Shown here one piece after another: positions 43,633 to 56,747 of a stretch of 64,000 nt of DNA. The DNA is taken from assembly GCA_965240325.2 (NCBI GenBank), contig OZ251242.1:186001-250000 (forward strand), read 5' to 3'. The position numbers and the translations under genes are program-made. Position 1 is the stretch's first letter; each line of letters opens with the position of its first letter. Under the pieces are notes generated by a model. The model saw nothing but the letters and a program-made list of their open reading frames with translations. It did not search any database and had not been told where the DNA came from. Source of the DNA: Rebecca billardiae RCC1528 (taxonomy: Eukaryota > Protista > Haptophyta).

Positions 43633-46600
43633 TGACGGCGGCGGCGTGGGCACGCGCTTGGCCGACCCGCCGCCGCCGCCACCGCTGCTGCCTGACGGCG
43701 GCGGCGTGGGCACGCGTTTGGCCGACCCACCGCCACCGCCGCCGCCATACGCCGCGCCGGAGGGTGGCGAGGTGAAGGCGGACGAGGCCGCGGGCGGCGG
43801 CCCGGCGGCGGCCGCGGGTGGATCCGTTCCCGCCCCCGCCGCGCCGCCCACGGCAGGCTGTCGTCGCGTGCTCGTGCCCGCGGGCGGCGGCGCGCCGAGC
43901 GGCGGCAGCGTCGGCTCGGCCGCGCCCGGTCCTCCCGGCTGCAGCCGCAGCGAGCGCGGCACTGCTGCTGCGGCGCCTACGCCGCCCGCCGCCGCGGCGG
44001 CGGCGCCCACGCGCCGCGGCGCGCCGCCCGCCGCGGCGTCGGCGACGAGTTCGCGCGGCGGCTGAGACGGCCGCGCGCGCGGCGGCGGCGGCCGCCCGCC
44101 GCCCGCCCAGCCGCCGTCGGCGTGGCCGTTGCCAGCAGCGGCCGCGCCGCCGCCGCCCGGGCGCGGCGGCAGCGGCATCGGCGGCGGCGGCGAGGCGCCT
44201 GCGCCAGGCGCGGGCGCGCGCGGCGGCGTGCGCTGCGCCGCGCCAGCGCACCGCGGGCTCCCTCGCTCGTTGAAGCTGCGCGGCCGCGGCGCCGCAGCCA
44301 ACGTCTCGTCATACTCTGGGCCGACGAAGCTGCGCGAGCGGGGCGCGGCGGCGAGGCTGTCCGCAGCGGCGGCGGCGGTCGCGCCGGCGGCTGCGCCGGC
44401 GGAGCCGCACGCGGGCCTTGGGCCCGGCACGCACGCGGACGTGGCGCGCGGCGGGCGCGCGTGCGCGTGCCGCGCCGAGTGCGGCTCTGTGTGTGAGCCT
44501 GTCGCTGCGTGCCGCCTGGGCTGGTGGCGGCCGTCTGAGCAGCCGCCGCCGCCGCCGCCGCGCCGGCCGGCCGTGCCGCCGCTGGCGCGGCCCGCGCCGC
44601 GCCCGAGCCCGTCCTCGTCCTCCTCCTCGTCGTCGTCCGAGTCGATGCGCAGGTCGAGGGCGCCGATGTCGCCCGGCACAGAGCGCGTGCGCCGCACGGT
44701 CGAGCGCCGCTGCTGCCCGGAGCCGAGCCCGCCGTCGAGCGCGCGCGGCGACGGCGGGGACGTGCGGAACTGGGAGAAGAAGCCCCTCGAGCGCGTGGGC
44801 GAGGGTGGGCTGCGGGCGGCGCGGCGGCACAGACCACCGCGGCGGGAAGGGGAGTGGGCGTGAGTGCGCGGCGGCGCACACCGCGCGCCAGCGCCACCCA
44901 CCCACGCCGCCGCACGCGGCCAGGCCGGCCCGCGCCCCCGCGCCGCCACGCCCCGCGCGCAGCGGCGCGCGGGTGCGCTCGCACGGCGCAGGCGCGCCGG
45001 CCCGCACGGGGCGCGGCGTCGCGGAGTGCGCGCGCACCGCAGCGGGCCGACCATGCACAGGATGGCCGGCACCACCGTCATCCCCGCCAGCAGCGCAAAC
45101 ACAATCGTCGACCAGACCATTAAGAAGAAAGTTCGAAACACGGCGGAACGCGAGGCGGCGAGGAACCCGGTGCCCAGCAGCGTGGAGAGGCCGCCGTTCA
45201 GCACGGACACGCCCACGGAGCCGAGCGCGCCCGCCACCTGCGCACAGCAGCGCCGCCGCACGCCGAGCGGGGGCAGGGACGGTGCGGCGTTGTCCGCCGG
45301 CGTAGGGTTAGGGTTAGGGTTAGGGTTAGGGTTGTGGTGGTCCGCCGGGTGCGAAGCCGCTGCCGACGGCGCGCGGCAAGCGCGCACGCGCAAGACCGCG
45401 GCGGCCACGGCAGCGCGGCGCGGCAGCCAGCAGCACCAACCCCCGGCCTGCGGCGCGCTTGCGCTCGGCGCTCGCGCGGGCACGCAGCAGCAAACCACCC
45501 CAAAAGCCACAACTACGCAACACAGCGCCCACGGCGCACCTTGCCCGCGCGCGTCGGCGCCTCCGCCATTTCGTACGCATGGCCGATGTGGCACGAGTAG
45601 TCGATGGCGAGGGCGAGCGAGATGAGCAGCGTGATGAAGGTGATCGCGTTCAGCGCGAGCCCCGCCGCGAGCAGCACGCCCACCAGCAGGATGTCGATGC
45701 ACCCGACGATGAGCACGAGCGTGAGCGAGATCACCAGAGGCAGGAAGAGCGAGGTCGACAGAGCGATCGCGCCCGCGGCCACGGCGAGGTTCGTGAGCGC
45801 GAGCCTCGGCATGCGCAGGTCGGAGTAGCCGAACTCGTACCGCGGGTGGTACACGAAGCCCGACAGCCCCGAGCCGTCCAGCACCCGCTCGAACGCGGGG
45901 TAGTGCTCCACGAAGTTCTTGTCCGTGTTCGAGTCCATCCGAACCACCAGAGGCACGCGCATCGCGCGCACGCGCGCGCGCTCGGCGACGTGCACGCCGA
46001 GCGCCTCGTGCTCGAGGACGACGTCCGAGTCGAACTCCTTGCCGCCCGCGACGATGTGCTGCATCAGCGCCGAGCGGTGCGTGCGCATCGTGATGAACGT
46101 CTGCTCCATGAAGCCGACGATTGAGAGGCGCCGCCGCCGGCGCGAGCGCGCGCCTCCGCCGCGGCCGCTGCCGCCGCCCGCGGCCGCGTCGGCGTCGGCG
46201 CGGCCGCGTCGGCGCGCGTTGGCGCGCTCGGCGAGCGCGCTGTCGGCGGCGGCCGACGCGGCGACGCGGTGTGCACCGCCCGCCGCCGCACCCGCCGCGC
46301 CCAGCGCCGCGCGCAGCCGGCGCGCGCGGCGCTCGCGCAGCCGGCCGCCGCCGCCGCCGCCGAGCGCGCTCGTCGCGTTGGCGAGCACCCCGCCCTCGCC
46401 CGCCGCATCGCACTCCGAGTAGACGCGGCCGTCGGCCAGGAAGCGCTCGAGCGAGGCGCGCGTGAGCGTGCGGAAGCCCGGCGGCGCGCCCTCCGAGCCG
46501 CCCATCGGCGGCGCGCACGCCACGCACGCGCACCAACCCTCATACTCGAGCAGCCAGTTGCGTGACACGTGCGCCACGAATGGCAGCTCGCCGATTTGGT

Positions 46601-46982
46601 GCAAAGCGCGGTGCAGCGCGAGCGCGGTGCGCGGCTCGGACATGTCCGCCTCGCGCACGACGAGCGCGACGTCCATGAGCGCGGTGCCGGACCAGAAGGT
46701 GTCCGTCTCGTCGAACCACTCGCGCGCAAGCGAGTCGTCCGGCAGCGTCGTCTGTACGGGCAGGCCCGTGTGGAGCCGCGGCGCCATGGCGATCGCCACG
46801 CCGACCGCGGTGCCGAATAGCGCGAGGCACGCGATGCGCACGGGCAGCCGCGTGATGAATGCGCCGAAGCGCTCGGAGAGGCAGCGCGAGAGCTTCGCCT
46901 GCGCCTGCTGCGCCTGCAGCTGCTCGAGCGTGAGCAGCCGCGAAGGCAGCAGCGCGTGCCGGTCGCCCGACGCGCGCTCGCG

Positions 46983-47019
<37 letters not shown>

Positions 47020-49025
47020 AACTTAGACGACGCAGAGTCGTCTGCCGGCGCGCCGCCGGCGCCGCGTCGGCGCGGCGCGCAGCGGCGGCGCACGGCGCGC
47101 GCGCAGTCGGCGGTGCACGGCACGCAGTCGGGCAGCCGCTTCTGCCGCCGCCGCGCGTCGAGCACGAGGAAGCCGCAGAAGAGCGTCATCTGCAGCAGGT
47201 TGACCATGATCACGCAGATCGCGGCGGGCAGGCAGAACAGCGAGATTGTGGGGAGATCCATCACCGCGCCGGTGAGCATGGCGAAGAAGGTGGTGACGGA
47301 GGTGACCGTGATCGCCGTGCCGGCGAACGCCATCCCGTGCTGCAGCTGCACCTCGATCGTGCGCCGCGGGTGCGCCGCCTGGTCGAACGCGTCTGTCATT
47401 ATAATCATGTCGTCGACGCAGACGCCGAGAAGCGTGTAACACACGAGGGGCGACACGGGCGCGAGCGGGATGCCGAGCGTGGAGGCGAGGCCGAAGCCGG
47501 AGGACATGGCGAGCGCGGTGGTGAGCGCGCACGACGAGCCGAGCATCACGCGCGAGCGCAGCGGGTCGCACGTGAACCCGCCCAGCACCACGCACACGAA
47601 CACGAGGATGAACCCCATCGAGCAGCCGAGCAAAGGGCCGTCTCGCTTCACGAGCGACTTGGCCTCGCGCGACGAGAGCTGCTGCGACCAGTACGAGACG
47701 CGGAGCGCGCAGCGGCGCTCCGCGTCGGGCGCGGCGGCGGAGGCCGCCGCGTCCGCGTTGATCTGCCCCATCTCGCGGAACAGCCGCGCCTCCCACAGGT
47801 CCAGGTCATCTGCCAGCGTGGTTGGCTCAAACAGATAGCGCAGCTGTAGCGCGCCGCCGCGCATGCACGAGTCGGAGCCGGGGCGCACGTCGTCGCCGTC
47901 CTCGCCGAGGCCGACGTCGAGGAGCTCGTCCTGCCACGCGCGGCGCAGCGTGCCGCACCAGTCCGCGTCGCGCTCGAACTGCGTCTCGTCGTACTCCCAC
48001 AGCCGCAGCGCCGACGTGACGAGGCACACGCGCGCGCCCGCGAGCGGTATGAAGCGCTTCGCGCACACGTCCTTGTACTGCACGCGCCGGCCGTGCGAGC
48101 GGACGGAGATGGACATGGTGCGGTTGTGCAGCGCGAAGAGCTCGCGGATGCACTCGCGCCGCACGATGTTCCCGCCCGCCGCCGGGCTCGCCACGAACAT
48201 CCCCGGCTTGGGCGCCTCGCCGAACTCCGCCGCCAGGAAGTGGCGGCGGTCCGCCATCGGCCCGTGGCGCGGCACGTACAGCGCGGTCAGGTCGGTCTCG
48301 AAGCGCGCGTTGAGCAAGCCGCAGGAGAGGCCTGCGCGGCGGCGCGCGCGCGAGGCAGGCCGAGGGAGCGCGACGCGCGACGGTCAGGCGCGCGCCGCGG
48401 CCGAGCGGGCGCTGCGGCGCGCGGCGTGGCGCGCACCGATCGCGAGGAACATCGACGCGACGACGACGGTCCACGGCTGCCACGCCACGATCTTCGCCAC
48501 CTGCACGAACAGCTTCGACGTCAGCCGCGGCGCCAGCTTGTGCGGCAGCTTGAGGTGCAGCGCCGCTGCGCGGCGCGGCGCAACGCGCGTGCGCGCGTGG
48601 CGCGGCAAGGTGAGCGCCCGGCGCACGCGGCGGCGCGCGGCGGCGCTGCCGCGCGCGCGCGCGCGCGCGGCGGGCGCGGCGCGCGCGCGCGCACGATCGA
48701 TGCTGGTCGTGCCTGGCGGCGTCGACCTCGACGGCTGGCGGTACCCGTGCGCCGAGTACGAGTGCGGCGTCTCCATCCGCGAAGAGGGCGTGACGTCGCT
48801 CAGCCGCTCGGGCCGCCCGCCGCCGCCCGTGCTCATCACGCGCTTGTCGAGCCACTTGGCCTGCGGCTTGGGCAGCGCGGGCGCGGGCGGCGTGTACCGC
48901 GCGTCCGCACCCACCCGCCCGCCCGCTGGCCGCCCGTTCGGCGCCGCCGCGCCGTTCCCATTCGCGTACGGTGGCGGCGGCGGATCGGCCGCGCCGCCGT
49001 TCGCCGCGCCCTCGTGCGCGGGCAT
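43396..49025 (-). CDS. Patched/NPC1-like sterol-sensing-domain (RND) membrane protein with repetitive Gly/Pro C-terminal tail
   Basis: LLGVCVDDMIIM and SLALAIDYSCH (GxxxDD/GxxxD-type), AGTAITVTSVT, VGVSVLNGGLSTLLG, VFRTFF; introns at ~48694-48566, ~48437-48331, 45540-45238 and near 45038; tail repeats GGGGSAKRVPTPPPS. Confidence 0.85.
45303..45333. repeat. Interstitial telomeric repeat (TTAGGG)~5 inside a Patched-like intron
   Basis: tagggttagggttagggttagggttagggtt. Confidence 0.9.
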
Positions 49026-51974
49026 CTGCTGCGAGCAGCGCGTGGCGGCGCGCGCGCGCTCACGGCCAGCGGCTGCTCGCCGTCCGCGGCGCTGCCGCGC
49101 GGCGGCCCGCCCGCGGCCGCCGAGCGCGCCGGGGTCGCGCTGGCCCCGCGCTCGTCTGACGAGCGGGGGCGCCCTTTCAAGGTGCCGCCACCCAAATGGC
49201 AGCTCCCCCGGTTGCCAGCAGCCGACACTGGCGGACCCTCCCGCTGCGTTTTCGAGTGCACGATGGCCGCCGCCCCGTCCGTGGGAGGGCCCGATCAAAA
49301 ATCAAAACGACCGCCACGACTGTGGCCCCATTAATTTTCCAGCGGCCAAGCGGGCTGCGGGCATGACGACAGTCTTGGTCACGCTGACTTTCCGGGCGGT
49401 CCGCCGTCCGCGCGAAAAGGGGGGCGCGCGTCCGCACGGCGTGGCGGGCGCGGCTCGGCGGCGGCTCGGCAGCGGCGGGCGAGGTATGCGCGAAAGCTGC
49501 CGCCCCCGAGCCAGTTGGCTCGACCGCGCCGCGCGCGCGCGCCAGCCGCGCGCGGTCGGCGGCGCACGCCGGAGTCGCAGAGCGAGCCAAGGGTTCAGGG
49601 CGCTCTCGTGCGCACACGGGCAGGCGCGGTGGGGCTGATGACCGCTCGCGCGTTCTCGCCGCACGCGCGCGCCCCGTCGTCCGCACTGCGCCGAAGTCAG
49701 GCGCGCGCTCACGCACGGAGCTGAGCGGCCACGCCGCACCTAGCCCGTAGCCGGGTTCAGCCCGCAATTTTATTTGGTCGATTGATTGGAAGATGGCTGC
49801 GCGTGGGCGGATGGCAGTGCGCGGGTTGGCTGGCGCCCCGGCGGGCGCCTCGGCGGGCGCGTGCAAGGCGCCGCCAGCCTGAGCGGCCGCCCGCCTCCGC
49901 CGGGGGCGAGCCGACTGAAGTCTGCAGAGCATGCAGCCTACTGCGCAGGCCGCCGGTCGCGTGTCCCAAGCCTCGCGCGTCGGCGGGTCTGCCGCGCGTC
50001 ACTAGCGCCACCGGCCCGAAACGTCCAAAGGCTGGCGCCCGACCGTGCCTGGCAGGGCGGAGGGACCATTCGCAGGTGTGACTATCATACATGCGAGGAG
50101 GGCGGCTTCCGCGCGTCAGGTCTGCAGGGTCCTCGTGGGATCGATCCCGGCAAATCCGCCGGGAATCTTTTCCTCTTTCTCAGAATCTCAACAAGCGGAA
50201 GCCGGGAAGCACACTGAATGTCTGATCGATTGGAGTGAGCTCAACCGTCCTGTCCCAGCTCATCAGCCGGTTTTAGGGGGTATGGATCCTAGCCATATCA
50301 CTGGCCAGCGACGAGCCGACGACTATCTGCGAATACTCATCCTGAGCGCTTACCCGGCTGACGTTTGGGGCGACACGCTACCATAATATGGGATGATCCG
50401 CCACACGCCCCCTTTACCTGCCACCGGTGGTGCCGGTGCTGCGACAGGCGCAGATGGGCCACCTCGTGCATCCGTGCTCGGCGATCCTCAGCAATGAGAC
50501 AATGGACGTGGCGATGCGCCAGGCGGCCGAGGAGCGGTGTGAGCTGAGCGCAATGCAGCCGATCCAGCGCGCCGACCCGCTCGCCGGCCGCCTGGACGAT
50601 CAGCTGTTCCCCGCGGGCATGTACTTTGCATCGGCGGACGACAGCCATTACCACCACGCGCTCCGCGCAGAGTCTGCGCACGCTGCACACAGGCGGAGCG
50701 GCGCGGCGCCCGAGGCTGCGGGCATGGTGCACACCGACCTGGCCATCCAACAGATCGCCAACCTCCTCGGCTTCTCGCATAATTCCTTGCGGCCCGAGTA
50801 CCTGCATTCCTAGGCGGCGGCCGGCCGGCCTCTAACGGCGGATGGCGCGGCGGGCCACCCGCCACGTGGGCGTGCGCACTGTTGACGCCGCCGACGGCCC
50901 TTCGAAATCAGTCGGCTGCACGAACACGGTCGTGAGCTGCGCTAACCGGGCGCCAATCGGCGAAGACAGCGGAGCGCCGCGGTCGGGGGCGCCTGATTGC
51001 GCGGTCGCCGCTGCGTTGTAAGCGCCACGGCGTGTCAGAGGACACGCTGGAAGCGCTCTAGATGTGGCACGCACAGCATGCATGTGTGTTTCTGACGCTC
51101 AGTTGTGCCGCGACATTCACGCAGTCGCGTCACTGGGACCAAGCTGATGAAGCAACTAATAACAACGTGTCCCGCCTGCTGCAGCTGGGCCGCAAAAATT
51201 ATCCGCCAGCATTCGTCCGCATACACCGCCGAACGACTGAGTGCGGAAGAGTCCTCTGACGATGAATTCCGCGGCGGTTCATCCAAAGGAATCAATATCC
51301 GAAGGCAACCGAATATTAGTTGGGCGCGGATTTTCATCAGCCTGACTGAGGCTGCAGAGTGCAGACGGCTTTTGGCGGCGCCCCCTCCTCCGCTGGCCAA
51401 GGCCGTACCTCCGCCCTGGGGGCCGTGGGCCTCCGGCTGGGGCGCCTTCGGGATCTCGGCGGCGGAGCTCCCTGCCGCCCGAGCTAGTCGCGCGCGTCAT
51501 CGATCATCTCGACCCGACGGGGGACCTCGCCGCCGCCACCGCCACCGCGCGCCTCTTCTGCCGCGCGCCGCTCGAGCTCGCGCTGCGCGAGCCGCATGCG
51601 CGGGCACGATTAGCGCGCGCTGCTGGTGCCGGTGCAGCCTGCGGGCGTGTCCACGTGGACGGAAGGGCTCTTCGCGCGCGAGCTCGCCGTGATCCGTGCG
51701 CACGCACATGCGTGCCTCATGGTCGCCGGCGGACACGCTCGTTGATTCGGCTGCTTCAGCACGTTTGATAACTGGCGCGGACGGCGACGTGCGCATGTGC
51801 GGCTGGCCGGTGGGCCATCCCGACCTCAGGTTGCGTGCCCGCTTGCTCAGGCCGTCGGGCGTAGGCTCGCTCACCGCCGCGAGGAGGGCGACGACACCCG
51901 CGCGAGTCCATCGTCGCCCGGCGCTTGCCTCCACCAGGCCTGCCAGACCACTTCGGTCGACCACTTGCGCCGTG

Positions 51975-52941
51975 CCGTGCGCTCCTGTGGCCGTCGGGTC
52001 GGGCTGCGGAGGCGGCGCGGGGCTTCAGCCGTGGCAGAGCCGCCCAGTGCCCCTCGCTGCGCCGCGCGCCTTCCTGGTCCTCGCGCCTCCTCCGCGCCTT
52101 GGAGCAGCACGCACATGCGCGGCGCCGCCACAAAAGCAGCCCAGGCGCTCGCGTGCAAGCGCGCGCGCGCAGCACGACGGGCTCGACTCCGGGCTCGAGC
52201 CGCTGCGGGGGCACGCAGTACCATCGCATGCGCACGCGACGCCTCGTCGAGCCTGCCCGTTTGAGCGTCAGTGCACTCTGATGCACGATACAAAGTGTTC
52301 TGACCTGACATCATCACACGTGCGCGTGAAGCATGCCACAACGGGCTTGAGGGCGTGGATGCGGTCGATGCGGAGGCTTTCAGCCTTTCACGCTTGCGGG
52401 CGCTTCTCGTGTGGTGAGTACACTTGCTGAGAAGCGCCACGAGCGTGGCTGTCAGCGTGTCTTGCCTAAGAAATCGTCCAGACGCATGCACGGCAGCTTC
52501 TGGTCAGGCTGCGCCTACTTTAACACGAGGACCTGTGAGCAGTTGGCGCGTGACTAGCACATCGATGCGCAGGCTCGAGGTGGCGTTGCGCGCGCACGCG
52601 ATGGTACTGCGTGCCCCCGCAGCGGCTCGAGCCCCGAGTCGAGCCCGTCGCGCGCTGCGCGCGCGCGCTTGCACGCGAGCGCCTGGGCTGCTTTTGTGGC
52701 GGCGCCGCGCATGTGCGTGCTGCTTCAAGGCGCGGAGGAGGCGAGGATGAGGAAGGCGCGCGGGGCAGCGAGAGGCGCTGGGCGGCTCTGCCACGGCTGA
52801 AGCCCCGCGCCGCCTCCGCAGCCCGACCCGACGGCCACAGGAGCGCACGGCGCGAGCGGCCCCGCCGCCGCGCGCCGCGATGACACACCGGCCTCGGCTC
52901 TGTGGCTGCGCACTGGCTGTTACAATTCCTGGACACCCTTG
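51975..52941. mobile_element. Foldback element C (left end missing), same family as A and B
   Basis: Inverted arms ~51975-52255 and ~52570-52850; shares cgccttggagcagcacgc with element B; right end ...GGACACCCTTG at 52941. Confidence 0.7.
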
Positions 52942-53113
52942 GCCAGTTGGCCCGGACCAAGCCCGGACAACAGCAGCTCGTCCGGTCGTCCCCGTCCGGT
53001 CGCAGCTCCACTTGAGAGCTGCCGACCGCCGCCGCTGTCATCCACACGCGGGGGCGGCCTCACACACCCACCCCGCACCAGGCGCGTGCGCGGGGCGCGC
53101 GGGCGGCGTCGCG

Positions 53114-53822
53114 ATGAGCGGCCTGTTCGCGCAGGCGGCGAACGCGTCGCGGCTCATCGCGTACGCGATGGACTCCTCCGCCGAGGACGAGGCCGCGCGC
53201 ATGATCGACGACCTCGCCATCGACGAGTCGCTCTCTCTCCTCGAGCGGATCAGACTGTACGCGACCGGTGGCACCGTGCTGCAGAAGGTCGTGTTCGTAC
53301 GCGAGATCCCGGCGTGCCTCGAGGAGGCGGGCGTGGAGCGCGGGCTCGACGAGCTCCTCCCGCTCTTCGCCGCCATCGCCGCCGACCCCGAGGCGTCCGT
53401 CCGCCAGGCGTTTGCCCAGCAGCTGCCGCGCGTCGCGCAGCTGCTCGTGCGAGCGGCGGAGGCGGAGGCGGAGGCGGAGGCGGAGGCGGAGGCGGAGGCG
53501 GAGGCGGAGGCGGAGGCGCGGCGCGGCGAGGGCGGCGGCGGCGGCGGCGGCGGTGGCGGCGGCGCGGGCGCGCCCGCCGTCGAGCTCGCCGGCGCAGCCG
53601 AGGCCACCGCCGCCGCCGAGCCCGAGCCTCGCGGGGCCGCGGCGCCCGCCGCGCCGCCCGCCGCGCCGGGAGCCGCCGCGCCCGCTGCGGGCGGCGCGCT
53701 GGGCGCGCGCGCCTACTCGACGGTGCTGGACAGCTTGCTGCCGCTGCTGCGCGCGCTGATCTGCTCCGAGGCACCGCCGCCGACGCCCGCGCCGGGCGCC
53801 GACGCCGACGCCGACGCGGCCG

Positions 53823-53856
<34 letters not shown>

Positions 53857-56692
53857 GCCGCCGCGCAAGTTCCTGACATCTCCGCAGGTGACAGACGCTG
53901 CGTGCGCGGCGCTGATCGAGCTGTCGGGCTGGCTGCGCGCGGACGACGTGGGCGCGCGCGTGCTCACGCTGGTGCTCACGCTCGCGCACGACGAGGCCGC
54001 CGAGGAGCAGCGCGTCGTCGCGGCCACGCTCCTCGGTGACCTCGCTCCTACGCTGGGCGCCGAGCTGTGCTCGCAATTCGTGCTGCCTGAACTTATCTCG
54101 CTCGCGGACGACGCGGTGTTCCGCGTGCGCAAGGCGGTGGCGCTGCGGCTCGCGCCGGTGTGCGAGGCGGTGGGCGCGGGCGCGCCGTGCGCGCGCGCGC
54201 TCGGCGCCTTCGAGGCGCTCGCCGCCGACCCGATCTGGGGCGTGCGCAAGGCGGCGGCCGAGGCTCTGCCGACGCTTGCGCGCGCGGTGCCGGAGGCGGA
54301 GCGGAGCGCGCGGCTCGTGCCGCTGGTGGACGCGTTCGTGGGCGACTCGTCGCGCTGGGTGCGCACCGCGGCGCTGCAGTCGCTCGGCCCGCTGCTCGCC
54401 GCGCTCCCCGCCGACGCCATCTCCGCCGAACTCCTCGCCCAGTTCTGCGCGATGGCGACGCCGAGCGCCGGCGCGGTCGTGGACGCGGAGCTGGCGTTTC
54501 ACTGCGCGTTCAGCCTGCCCGCGGTGCTGCGCGCGGTGGGCGCGGCTCGGTGGCCCGAGCTCGCGGCGGCGCACGGCACGCTCGCCTCCGACTCGCAGTG
54601 GAAGGTGCGCCGCACCCTCGCCTTCTCTCTCCACGCCCTCGCCGACTCCCTGCACGCGCACGGCGGCGCGGCCGCGGTGGACGCCGCGCTGCTGCCCCAC
54701 TTTGAGAACCTTCTCCACGATCTGGACGAGGTGCGCGTGGGCGTGCTCACGCACCTGGCGGCCTTCCTCAAGTGCGCGAGCCCCGGCGCGCGCGCCAAGT
54801 ACGTACCCGCGCTCGCCGACGTGCAGGCCGACGCGGACAGCTGGCGCGCGCGCGCGCTACTCGCCCGCCAGCTTGGCGAGCTCGGGGCGCTCTTTGGGTC
54901 GGTGCGCGCTGCGGCGGCGCGTGCGGCGGCGGCGGCTGCTGCGGCGGCTGCTGCGGCTGCGGCTGCGGCTGCGGCGGCTGCGCCGTGGGGCGGGCTGCGC
55001 GCGCGCGTGTGCTGTGCGGCGCGCTGTGCGCTAGCCGGCATGCACGGCGCGTGGGTGCGCGGCGCGGCCGGATCGGCGCAAAAAAAACCTGGGCGGTGGC
55101 GCGGCGCGCGGGCGGGGCGGCGGGCGAGCGCGCGCGCCGCAGCGGGGGCCGGGGGCGGCGGTTGGGAGCGGGCTGGGCTGCGCCGAGGGCGCGCGGGGGA
55201 GGGGTGCTCCCGCGCGGGGCGCACTGCGCTCCGTGCCCCGTGCGGCGTCACAGCGGGGCGCCGTGCATGTGCACGCGCGGCAAGGGTGGCGCGCGCACCT
55301 AACCCTAACCCCCGAACCCTAACCCTAACCCTAACCAGGCGGAGCTATCCGAGACGATCGTGCCGCTGGCGCTGGCGCTCTGCACGGACGCGGTGGCGCG
55401 CGTGCGCCAGCTCGCGTGCTCGCAGCTCGGCATCCTGCTCTGCACGCTCGCGCAGGCGGTGCGCGCGAGCGCGGCCGCGCGCGCCGCCGGGCGCGCCGCC
55501 GGCTGGCGCGCCGCCGGCTGGCTTTCCGGCTGGCGCGGGTTGCCGCGCTCACTCACGCGCCGCGTGCGCCCGCGCCGCCCGACCGCTCGCGCGCGCGCGC
55601 GCGCGCACGCAGGGCGAGAAGGACCGGGTGGGCGCGTTCGTCCGCTCCGTGGGCGCCATGGCGACGTCCGCATCATGCCACCGCCGGTGAGCGCGCGCGC
55701 CACTCCGCGCCGCCCGGCGCGCCGCCGCGCGCGCCGTGCACCCGCGCGCCGCGGGCCGCGCCGACGCGTGCGGCTGCGCCGCGGCCTCCCTAACCCTAGC
55801 CCTACCCCCGAACCCTAACCCTCCCGCGCTTGGCCGCGCGTCCGCAGCCTCCACTTCCTCGCCATGTCCGCCGCGCTGCTGCAGACGCCGCCGCTGCCGT
55901 GGCGCGAGCTCGAGCCTGTTCTCCTCGCGCCCACTCTCGCGCTCGCGGCCGACCGCGTGGCGAACGTGCGCCTGGCGGTGGCGCGCGTGCTCGTGGCCGT
56001 GCTGCTGTGCGAGAGCTCGGCGTGGCCGCCCGACGAGGACGCGCCCGAGCAGCTCGACGACGCGGACGTGCGCCGCATCGACACCGAGCTCGACGCAGCG
56101 GTCGAGCGGCTGCGTGTGGACTCGGATCGCGACGTCCTCAGGTGAGGCGGCGCCGTGCGCGCGCGTGCGGCGCACACGCGGCGGGCGGCGGGCGGGCGGC
56201 AGGTGGCCCCTGCGTGCGCGCGCGTGCGGCGCACACGCGGCCGCCGGGCGCATGGAGGCGGCGCGCACGCACGGGGCGTGCGTGCGCGCGCGCGGCGCGG
56301 GGCGTGCGCGCGCCGCGCCGCCAGGGCCGCGTCCGCCATGCGCGCGCGCCGCAGGGCACACGGCGCGCGCGCTGGCCGCGCCGAGCCGCGCGCGCCGCCG
56401 GCGCGACCCCGCTCACCCGCGCTCCACCGCCTCAGCCGGCCCCCGCCGCGCGCCGCCAACACCCAACCGCGCCCGCCGCCGTGCCCGCCGCCGCCGCGCG
56501 CGCCGCGCGCCGCCCTGCGTCTCCCCCAGGCTGATCGGCACCTACTCGGATGAGAATTACGAGCCGCCGGCGTACACGGCGCGGCCGCTGCCGCGCGCCG
56601 CGCGCCGGCGCAGCAGCCTGCGCAGCGACACCTCCGCCTCCTCCGAGAGCGCGGGCGGCAGCGCGGCGGCGAGTCCGGTGGGTCCGGGCGGC

Positions 56693-56747
<55 letters not shown>

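Noticed and set aside
45303-45333. Chromosome end or fusion point
   Set aside because: Short tract inside an intron of an intact gene that continues on both sides.
49750-51970. Short ORFs such as 50427-50813 and 51035-51400
   Set aside because: No recognisable motifs or clear gene structure; likely decayed repeats, cannot be supported.
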